This document shows positions 57,040 through 64,000 of a stretch of DNA of 64,000 nucleotides, one piece after another. The position numbers and the translations under genes were made by a program. Within the stretch, counting starts at the first letter, position 1. Every line of letters starts with the position of its first letter. The stretch is from Candidatus Micrarchaeota archaeon (lineage in GTDB: Archaea > Micrarchaeota > Micrarchaeia > Anstonellales > Bilamarchaeaceae). The notes under the pieces are model-generated. The model worked only from the letters and a program-made list of their open reading frames with translations. It had not been told where the DNA came from and searched no databases. The DNA lies in the NCBI GenBank assembly GCA_022627495.1, contig JAKEGJ010000004.1, positions 622 through 64,621 of the forward strand, read 5' to 3'.

Positions 57040-57723
57040 CTAGTAATCCAGCAGCGTCCCCTTCGTCGTTTTCTTCTCTAAAAGGTCCTTGGAGTCGTTC
57101 CTGGCCGAGTTGACCTTGGGCGAAACCTCGTACATGTCCATCTCATCAGCCGGATACGGGCTGAGGAACGCTTTAACTTCGCCAGGGTCGGCTTTGAGAT
57201 AGTCCTTCTCCGTGCCCCTATCCAGTATCACCGGCATGCGGTTGTGGATGCGGGCAATCTGGTTGTTCGCTTCAGTCGTAATCATGCAGCAGGTGCGGGC
57301 CGGAGCCTCCTCCGGGTCTTTCATCTCATCCCCTTCCTTGGGCACTGCGTAAATGCCTGCGAATGCGAACACGCCGCTGTTTTTCAGGAAAATCCGGTAT
57401 GGCGTCTTCTTCGGATGCGCCCACTCATAGAACGAGTCGGCAAGCATCAGACAGCGTCGTAATTCGAAATCCTTCCGGAATGACGATTTCTTATCAACGG
57501 ATTCCGCCCGCGCGTTGAAAAGAGGATGCCGCGCACCGCTCCAGTTGGCCGGCATGCCCCATTTAGCGAAGGAAAGCGTATCCGGGGCGTCGTTGAACAC
57601 CACCGGCACCTCCTGCGTGGGCGCGATGTTGTAGCGCGGCTTCAGCTTCGGCACCTCTTTTAGGCCGAAGCGTGCGGCTATCGCTTTCGAATCAGTCATG
57701 GCAAGCGCATATCTTAGGCACAT
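57040..57723 (-). CDS. SOS-response-associated peptidase (SRAP/YedK/HMCES family) abasic-site processing protein
   Basis: The N-terminal catalytic MCLRYAL (family MCGRF/Y) is present, and SFYEWAHPKKTPYRIF with the conserved E and H, 227 aa. Confidence 0.75.
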   Translation of the reverse strand: MCLRYALAMTDSKAIAARFGLKEVPKLKPRYNIAPTQEVPVVFNDAPDTLSFAKWGMPANWSGARHPLFNARAESVDKKSSFRKDFELRRCLMLADSFYEWAHPKKTPYRIFLKNSGVFAFAGIYAVPKEGDEMKDPEEAPARTCCMITTEANNQIARIHNRMPVILDRGTEKDYLKADPGEVKAFLSPYPADEMDMYEVSPKVNSARNDSKDLLEKKTTKGTLLDY

Positions 57724-57728
57724 AGAAT

Positions 57729-58703
57729 CTAACTCGGTAGTTTGTCCGTCCCCCGAAGGTGGAAGGCGATGTTGAAACCTACGAATTCATTGGAGAACCT
57801 GTCCTCATAGACCGGGAACCGCTTCAAAAAATCCTGCAAATCAATGTATTCCTTAATCAGAACGTCCGCCTTATCAGTGCGAGTGAATTCGAAGCCTGTG
57901 ACCGAGGCTCCGATGTCCGCGGAATTGATAACCGCATTGGCGAACCCATCCACGATGCGGGGGTCCTTGACATCATATCTCTTGTCGAAGCCGGTTCCGT
58001 CGAACCGCTCAAGCCTGAACCTCACGTTCATGTCCTTTTTGATTTTCACCTTCTCCGCAGGGTCAGTGACGAGTTTGCCGTTCACTATGACCTCCCCGTC
58101 GGTTTTCTCCACCTCGTCCATCAATTTCCGCATGTCTTCGAAATCTGCGCCGCTCCTTGATTGGGAGCCCATCCGTGTCTCCACCCTGATTCCAATTGCG
58201 CTAAGTATGCTGGAGAGGAATCCTTTCTTCTGGGGGCCCACGTAGGTCGTCGTGCTTTGGGTGCTCCGATAAACCGAATTGTCCGTGACCTCGAGCTCCG
58301 AGGACGCGTTGGCGCTTCCGAATGGGGAATTCATGGACAGGCTGGACCGTTTGTCCGCGATGCCCTGCTCAATCAGCTCATCCAGCATGAGCATCGAGAA
58401 CCTGAAGAGGTCCGCTCCCCCAAGCCGCTGTGCCACTGCCTTCTCATCCGCCGGCTTATCGTCCGGAAGGGCCGTATCAAGCACGAACCGCTCGAACCGG
58501 AGGAGTGCGGGCTTTCCCACACGGACGAACTTCCGATGCGGGACAAGCTGGACATGGCCGGCAACCACAAGCTGCACGAAAGTAGCGAATATTTCCTTAT
58601 AATCGACCTTATTATCGACAATCAGGCCTGCGATGGCTGGTTTTAGCACTTTGCTTTTTTCCGCCATCTTCTTCCTGATTCTGGCGATATCCCCCTCAAT
58701 CAT
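57729..58703 (-). CDS. Hypothetical protein (in the polymerase cassette)
   Basis: 324 aa with strong GC3. It is 18 bp downstream of the PolB-like gene and 5 bp upstream of the SRAP gene. No known motif. Confidence 0.45.
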   Translation of the reverse strand: MIEGDIARIRKKMAEKSKVLKPAIAGLIVDNKVDYKEIFATFVQLVVAGHVQLVPHRKFVRVGKPALLRFERFVLDTALPDDKPADEKAVAQRLGGADLFRFSMLMLDELIEQGIADKRSSLSMNSPFGSANASSELEVTDNSVYRSTQSTTTYVGPQKKGFLSSILSAIGIRVETRMGSQSRSGADFEDMRKLMDEVEKTDGEVIVNGKLVTDPAEKVKIKKDMNVRFRLERFDGTGFDKRYDVKDPRIVDGFANAVINSADIGASVTGFEFTRTDKADVLIKEYIDLQDFLKRFPVYEDRFSNEFVGFNIAFHLRGTDKLPS

Positions 58704-58721
58704 GGCTAATACCTCTCGTTT

Positions 58722-60530
58722 CTAGGATATATTGCTTGCTATTTCCCATCTGGCCCGCTCAAGGAGGCGAAGATACTCCTGCGCGTCGATTTCCTCCAAT
58801 CTGGCAAGCTCGACCCGGCGAGGGCCGTAAACCGTATGCACGAAATCAACCGACTTCCTGCCGTCTGGCTTCTCCCGGTAGGCGATGACGTGCGCCTGCT
58901 CGGTCTTGTACTCGCGCTGGCGCATGCGCTTGTGGATGGAAAGGTCATCAAGCGCCAGCTTCTTCGACAGGAGAAGCTCCTTGTGCCTGGCGTAGACCTG
59001 CCGAAATGAGGCGAAATCGCCGGAAAAGTATGCGGGAATGGCCTCCTCCTGGTATCTCTTGAGGAATTCCGGGGCGTCGGAGTGGCGGAGCGCAATTCCC
59101 CGCGCCTCAATCTTCCCGTCCGCAGTGATTCCAAAATACCGATTAGCCGCCCCTGAGCCGTCATAGGAAGGCAAAAACTTGATTTTCGAGAATACACAGT
59201 CCAAAACCAGCTCGATTCCGGTCTCGTCCGAAACCCGGGATGCAAAACCATCGAATTTTTGGTTTGGTTCGCTCGAACTCGCACTCGGGTCCGAAACAAA
59301 TACAGAATCGACAATCCCGTACAGGACATCCAGGCCCTCTTCCTCGGCAATCGCCTTCGTCCTTTCCAGTATCACCCGCCCCATCAGCATAACGCATTCC
59401 TTGCACTCGACATTCGAGAAAACGAAATTGTTGTAGCCGAGATATCCGAAACAGCAGACCAGAATCCCCTTCAAGGCCTTCTGCCGGGCGTCCAGGTCTG
59501 CGCTGAACCCTTCCTCGCGAATCCTATGCTTCAGTTCCAGCCGCCGAAGCAGCACGGCTTCGATGCCATCTGGAATTATGCCTCTTTTTTTACAGACGCG
59601 CCATCCGCAGACTGGGAGGATTTCGTCGTTTCCGCACTCGCAGTGCATGGTTTCCGGGCTGATGTTGTGCCTGACAATCACGTGCGGATACATGCTGGAG
59701 AAATCGCACTTCCCGACGTTAGAATAGACGCCGGGCCTGGGATAGAATATCGTCCCACCTCTATCCATCCTCCGGAGCATCTCCAGGGTTTTGGGTTTTT
59801 CCATTTCTTTCTTTTTGTCCGGAATCAGATAGCCCCGTGCTTTGGCGGCCCTCATATGCAGGAACGTATTCAGCTTTCCTGGCGTGACCCTGCACACCAC
59901 GTCCGGCTTCACACCGGTAAGCCGCGACAGTTCCATCACCCGCGCAAGGCGCGTGTCCCCTCCGTCATCCCCGTAGACGTCATAGTGTCCGCTCTCATCC
60001 AAATCAATGTGCACGGCATGCCGAAGAAAGCAGCCCATCTTCGAAACAAGCACGCCAGGGTATTTTTTTAGATAACTGTCCCCGCCATGGGTGAATACTA
60101 CGTCAGCATCCGGAATCCCATCCCCCTCCCGCATCCGGGCAATTCGCAACCCGCCTTCCGGTTCGAAGAACCGCAAGCCCTTCTCAAGGGCAAACCGATA
60201 GTGGTGTGGAATCGTCACTTCAGTCGTCTCCCCAAGACGGGAGACATCCAAAGCAACCCGCCTGAACCCGGAACACGGAACAAACACCCTCACCACCCGC
60301 TCCCGCTCGCATGCATGGATTTGGGGGTATTTTTCCTCAAGCGAACAGCGCGAAACCAAAGGATGTTTTTCCACGACATCGAGCGCGTAGTCAGGTTCGG
60401 GAGTGATGAGATAGAACGATGGGACGTATTCCGAGACGGTTTCGTTGGGTTGGTTGTTTTGCGAGCGGGGATAAACGAGGCGCATCTTGTCGCCCTCATG
60501 GATGATATTCACTAGCGCCCGCGCCTCCAT
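58722..60530 (-). CDS. Family-B DNA polymerase lacking the N-terminal and 3'-5' exonuclease domains (PolB2/Dpo2-like)
   Basis: Polymerase motifs are present: pre-A LARVMELSRLTGVKPDVVCRVTPGKLNTFLHMRAAKARGYLIP (compare Pfu LARLYELSKLTG...[22 protein letters not shown]), motif A CDFSSMYPHVI (DxxSLYPSII), motif B KALKGILVCCFGYLGY (KxxxNSxYG) and motif C YGIVDSVFV (YGDTDS with the first Asp replaced by Ile). No Exo I/II/III motifs occur in the roughly 190-aa N-terminal region. 602 aa. Confidence 0.7.
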   Translation of the reverse strand: MEARALVNIIHEGDKMRLVYPRSQNNQPNETVSEYVPSFYLITPEPDYALDVVEKHPLVSRCSLEEKYPQIHACERERVVRVFVPCSGFRRVALDVSRLGETTEVTIPHHYRFALEKGLRFFEPEGGLRIARMREGDGIPDADVVFTHGGDSYLKKYPGVLVSKMGCFLRHAVHIDLDESGHYDVYGDDGGDTRLARVMELSRLTGVKPDVVCRVTPGKLNTFLHMRAAKARGYLIPDKKKEMEKPKTLEMLRRMDRGGTIFYPRPGVYSNVGKCDFSSMYPHVIVRHNISPETMHCECGNDEILPVCGWRVCKKRGIIPDGIEAVLLRRLELKHRIREEGFSADLDARQKALKGILVCCFGYLGYNNFVFSNVECKECVMLMGRVILERTKAIAEEEGLDVLYGIVDSVFVSDPSASSSEPNQKFDGFASRVSDETGIELVLDCVFSKIKFLPSYDGSGAANRYFGITADGKIEARGIALRHSDAPEFLKRYQEEAIPAYFSGDFASFRQVYARHKELLLSKKLALDDLSIHKRMRQREYKTEQAHVIAYREKPDGRKSVDFVHTVYGPRRVELARLEEIDAQEYLRLLERARWEIASNIS

Positions 60531-61130
60531 CTAGAGCCACCCGGAAAGGCGATACTGCCGGTCGCGGGGATACCTGAATACCGGGTCAGGAAGGCACGGA
60601 TGCTTCAGCACCTGCACGACGACATCCCGCGAAACGCCCACATCGATTATCACGGACGAGACCTGAGAAAGGTATTCGTGCAGATGCCCCACCCGCCGCT
60701 CCAGAATCACGCCTGTGGCCCGCTTCCGTATGCAGAGCTGGACGAACTTGCCGATTGCGTGCGTAATGCCTTGGGTGTTGTCAACATAGAGGTCCGAAAG
60801 CGAATCCAGCACAATCAGCTTGTACTCGCCCGGAACGTCCCAGTTCGCGGCCACATCGTTGTTGTCTCTAGTGAACGCCCGAAGCACATGCACGTTTTGC
60901 ATCGCCATCCGCGCATCAGCCCCGCAAACGCGCACAAACCGCTCGTAATCGAAGCTCCAGTACCTCTCATGGTAGTCGGACCACTGCAAATACAGCACGC
61001 CATCAGTCGCGTTCCTGGCCAGGAGGCGCCAAACGAGTTCAGAGAGCCAAACCGAATCGGCGCACCGGAGCGTGATAATCGCGTCAGTGCACAGAAGGGA
61101 GTCAAAGACGCGATTGCCCGTCCTTATCAT
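60531..61130 (-). CDS. RecA-superfamily fold protein without a Walker A P-loop (ImuA-like or degenerate KaiC/RadB-like)
   Basis: A Walker-B-like hhhhDSLS (KLIVLDSLSDLY) and a following ITHAIGKFVQLCIRKRATGVILE segment match RecA/KaiC topology. No GxxxxGK[ST] is present. It is 199 aa and sits immediately upstream of, and adjacent to, the PolB-like gene. Confidence 0.4.
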   Translation of the reverse strand: MIRTGNRVFDSLLCTDAIITLRCADSVWLSELVWRLLARNATDGVLYLQWSDYHERYWSFDYERFVRVCGADARMAMQNVHVLRAFTRDNNDVAANWDVPGEYKLIVLDSLSDLYVDNTQGITHAIGKFVQLCIRKRATGVILERRVGHLHEYLSQVSSVIIDVGVSRDVVVQVLKHPCLPDPVFRYPRDRQYRLSGWL

Positions 61131-61365
61131 TTTTCCCCTCCAGATGAACGAGCATCGCGAGCAGCATGGCTATGGCTATGTCGTCTTCGTCCGCGGCGTC
61201 TATGGCGGTCCTTCTTTCCCTTACGATTGCCAGAAGCCGGAGGAGCGCCTCCTTCTCCCGCCGGTCCAGGTGCGCCGAGAAATTCTTCCACCGCGACAGC
61301 CTCTCTTCGAGCCGGAAGCTCACCGAGGGGATTGTCCGTCCCATGAATACAGCCCCAGCGCCCAT
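61102..61365 (-). CDS. Small hypothetical protein, first gene of the polymerase cassette
   Basis: 87 aa with plausible composition. It overlaps the start of the downstream gene by 29 nt. A 13-bp inverted repeat lies just upstream. Confidence 0.3.
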   Translation of the reverse strand: MGAGAVFMGRTIPSVSFRLEERLSRWKNFSAHLDRREKEALLRLLAIVRERRTAIDAADEDDIAIAMLLAMLVHLEGKNDKDGQSRL

Positions 61366-61687
61366 ACGAATAGCTCATTCCCAAGTGGGCGTGATGCCTT
61401 TTTGCGTGCACCCGCCACTTGGGAATTGATGACCGAATGAGAACGGGCTCTTCGGTCGGCTACATTGTTCATATCATCGCCTCTCGGGGCGGAACGCGCA
61501 ATCCGGCAAATAAAGCGTTGCGGGGCTCACCGCGTTTCCGCGGGCATGCCTTACAGCTAATATCGCATCCGCATCCTCGCATGGCTGTGCAAAGCCACAG
61601 CCCCGCCCGGTAAATCCTTATTAATCGAATATTTTCCGCATCCTCGTGGTGCATCCGAACTGAAAAATATCGAAAAGGCGGTGTGGA

Positions 61688-62041
61688 ATGGAACAAATCA
61701 CGGATCCGCGTTCGTTTCAGGGCCTGCTTAGGCAGAAAGAGCGCATAATCGTTTTCCGGAAGCACGCGCTCCAGCAAGCCAGGCTCCGGAATCTTGCCGT
61801 GGAAGGCGACACCGAGCTGGCGGTATTCCGCGAGGACCTCCTTGGGAAGGAGCCATACCTGGTGGTAGAACAAGCCTCGGAGATTCCAAAGGAAAGGAAA
61901 TTCAAGCTGTATTACCGCTGGCCGGAAGGCGGTTTCATAACCTACGTTGCATCAATCGACGGCCAAATCAGCCTGATAACCGTTTACCGCACAAGCAAGG
62001 CGCTTCAAAAGAAGATATATAAATGGCGGAAGAGAGGTTAA
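61688..62041 (+). CDS. DUF4258-family protein (toxin-like component of a DUF4258/DUF2283 pair)
   Basis: HALQQARLRNL...PYLVVEQ...FKLYYRWPEGGFITYVASIDGQISLITVYR fits the DUF4258 pattern (HAL.RM..R...; LHVV...I.IITVYRP). Confidence 0.55.
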   Translation: MEQITDPRSFQGLLRQKERIIVFRKHALQQARLRNLAVEGDTELAVFREDLLGKEPYLVVEQASEIPKERKFKLYYRWPEGGFITYVASIDGQISLITVYRTSKALQKKIYKWRKRG

Positions 62042-62045
62042 TCAT

Positions 62046-62378
62046 ATGAAGGTGCGATATGCTTATGACCCCGATGCCGATGCGATAAGCATAGCTGTCG
62101 GCAGCCGGAAATCCGATGCCACCATCGAGATGTCCGAGCGCATCCTAATCGATATAACCAACGACTGGAAGCTGGTGGGCATAGAAATCATCGATGCCAG
62201 CGCGGAAATCTCGCGGCTGTTCAACCGGGCGCTAAGCAAGGACGAGATAACGCATCTGCTGTGCGAAGTGCGGGAAGCGCCTGCAGACGAATACCTTGTG
62301 CAATTCAAGACACATCGGAGCGGCGAATCCGCAAACCTGCTAATCCCTCTTTATCGCAGCCCGATTACATGCGTCTAA
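62046..62378 (+). CDS. DUF2283-family protein (antitoxin-like partner)
   Basis: MKVRYAYDPDADAISIAV...ERILIDITNDWKLVGIEIIDAS matches the DUF2283 consensus (YD.E.D.LYI.L...IDID..G.LVGIEIL.AS). It is 4 bp after the DUF4258 gene. Confidence 0.6.
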   Translation: MKVRYAYDPDADAISIAVGSRKSDATIEMSERILIDITNDWKLVGIEIIDASAEISRLFNRALSKDEITHLLCEVREAPADEYLVQFKTHRSGESANLLIPLYRSPITCV

Positions 62379-62617
62379 GGGTGTGGCGATGCCCAAGAAG
62401 CCCGAAGCCGGACGCGTGATTGGCGAGGTTGATACGAAAGCGCTAGTCCGGAAACTGATTGTTGATTACGAAGGCATCATCGATTGCCTTGCGGACAAGT
62501 AATGTCCTGACCCGTCCGTTTCCGCAGGGAAAAAAATCCGCGGAAATCCTACCTCCTCGCGAATATTGCCTATCCTGAGTCTGCGCAGGCCGTGGATAAG
62601 GTGAAAAAAACGCGGTT

Positions 62618-63658
62618 TTAGGCCCAGTCGGATGACGCCAGGAGCGGCTGCGTGATAATGCCGGCCCTGACTGTCGGGTCTTCCGGCCCGATATCCCCGA
62701 GGCCGAAGCGCAGGGCCGGGATTTTCAAAAACAGCGCGGCTCCGGACTGCAGCTCCCTGCGCATCTCATCCATGCTCTGGAAGCGCCGCTCCGGCTCCTT
62801 CTCCAGCGCACGCATGGCAATCTCATCCGCTCTCTGGGGAAGCGATGGGTTCCTGGCGCTTGGCGGGGCGGGATTTTCGAATAATATCTTCCCCATGATC
62901 TGGGCCACCTCGTCACAGTCGATGGGAAGCGCCCCGCAGAGCATCCTGTACATGATTACTCCAACGGCGTATATGTCCGCCCTGTGGTCCGGCCTTATTC
63001 CCTTGAAGGCCTCCGGGGGTAGGTAATGGGGCGTGCCGATGATGTAGCCGTGCCTGGATTCGTGCAATTCCGCCTGCTCCTGGCCCGAGAAGCGGGAAAG
63101 GTCGAAATCGAATATCTTGACCGTTCCGTCCCGAAGTAGGAAAACGTTGTGGGGCTTGACATCCCGATGAATGATGCCCTTATCGTGGAGCGCCCCGAGC
63201 CCCGAGCAAATCTGTGCTAAAATCGGTATCGCATCCGCATACGGGACGGTGCCTTCCTGCGCGATATACCTGTCCAGGTCCATGCCTTCCAGGTATTCCA
63301 TGACGATAAAAGAATCCGCCCCGCAGGTGCCGGCGTCTTTCATGCTGACGACGTTCCGGTGCCTGACCTGGCTAAGGGCCTGTATCTCGCTCGTTATCCT
63401 CTTCGGGCTGACGGACCGGATTGTGTTGCCGTCCCTGATTTTCACCGCGACCGCTTCATTCCTCTTCGTGTCGGTGGCGAGGTAGACTGTGCCCATGCCC
63501 CCCCTGCCCACGATTTTTTCGAGCCGATACTGGCCGTTTACGAGCATGCCTGAGCGGTCGTCATAGTACGTCCGGTCGTGATGGTGCTTCTGGAATTCCC
63601 GCACTGTTCCGGATTTCCCCGGCAGGGCTGGGCCTATGCCTCTCTGCGTCAATTGCAT
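62618..63658 (-). CDS. Hanks-type serine/threonine protein kinase
   Basis: Gly-rich loop GRGGMGTVY, the VAVK Lys, catalytic loop HRDVKPHN, DFD (an FDFDLS variant) and GTPHYLPPE (the APE region). 346 aa. Confidence 0.8.
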   Translation of the reverse strand: MQLTQRGIGPALPGKSGTVREFQKHHHDRTYYDDRSGMLVNGQYRLEKIVGRGGMGTVYLATDTKRNEAVAVKIRDGNTIRSVSPKRITSEIQALSQVRHRNVVSMKDAGTCGADSFIVMEYLEGMDLDRYIAQEGTVPYADAIPILAQICSGLGALHDKGIIHRDVKPHNVFLLRDGTVKIFDFDLSRFSGQEQAELHESRHGYIIGTPHYLPPEAFKGIRPDHRADIYAVGVIMYRMLCGALPIDCDEVAQIMGKILFENPAPPSARNPSLPQRADEIAMRALEKEPERRFQSMDEMRRELQSGAALFLKIPALRFGLGDIGPEDPTVRAGIITQPLLASSDWA

Positions 63659-63842
63659 GTAATAAAATATGTTTAAAAGTGTTAATAAATGTTGTGTATT
63701 AAGATGATTTTATATGTAAATAGACCGGAGAGCCGCGGAAATCCGCTGTCTTCCTGAATAAATACCCCAACCCCAGGAGCATACGTGCCGGAAGGTTAAC
63801 GTAATAATATGTTTATAAACGTATTGCACGTAATAAACATCT

Positions 63843-64000
63843 ATGGTAAGCATAACCCTGGCCGTTCCGGCGGAGCTGAAAAAAGAGATGGATGAATACC
63901 CGGAAATCAACTGGTCAGCCGTGGCTAGGGAAGCTATCAAGGGCAAGCTCGTGATACTTAGGAAGTTCCGCGAGTTCTCGCGCGAGAGCGAACTCACCGA
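63843..64000 (+). CDS. Ribbon-helix-helix (CopG/VapB-like) small DNA-binding protein, 3'-partial at the window edge
   Basis: MVSITLAVPAELKKEMDEYPEINWSAVAREAIKGKL fits an RHH beta-strand plus two helices. It is divergent from the kinase across an AT-rich spacer. Confidence 0.4.
   Translation, partial: MVSITLAVPAELKKEMDEYPEINWSAVAREAIKGKLVILRKFREFSRESELT

Noticed and set aside
61469-61873. 134-aa ORF on the minus strand upstream of the polymerase cassette.
   Set aside because: It overlaps the DUF4258 gene on the plus strand, which has a clear family match and better codon bias. The minus ORF has no motif.

Overview
The window is a 64-kb, GC-rich (about 60%) archaeal chromosomal segment, possibly from a small-genome DPANN-like lineage, though the taxon is inferred only loosely. 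The archaeal assignment rests on an A-type ATP synthase operon (ahaH-I-K-E-C-F-A-B-D), class-I HMG-CoA reductase, a GGR-family geranylgeranyl reductase, form III/II-III RuBisCO, Alba, ribosomal protein L15e, RNase P Rpp30, Dph2, AglH-like GT4, PEP synthase, and an unlinked 23S rRNA with a bulge-helix-bulge-type processing stem. Housekeeping genes are interleaved with accessory or mobile material. The 5' end holds a low-GC island with an IS66-like fragment, an RmuC-like protein and a Fic/Doc toxin. An IS630-family element with a TA duplication and an A7 -1 frameshift site lies upstream of the 23S gene. The 3' end has a DUF4258/DUF2283 toxin-antitoxin-like pair and an RHH gene. Three loci look most worth follow-up. 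The first is a cassette of an exonuclease-less family-B polymerase (PolB2/Dpo2-like), a Walker-A-less RecA-fold protein, a 324-aa unknown and an SRAP/YedK abasic-site protein. It resembles a bacterial imuA-imuB-dnaE2 mutasome in architecture. The second is a GIDE-GIDE-LemA operon followed directly by a 792-aa CHAT (caspase His-Cys dyad) protease with a long helical N-terminal domain. The third is two paralogous CrtC/AttH-like proteins flanking a geranylgeranyl-reductase-family gene immediately downstream of RuBisCO. All protein coordinates are taken from the supplied ORF track, with starts trimmed where an in-frame ATG with an RBS or homolog N-terminus was visible. All homology statements come from reading motifs, not from searches.
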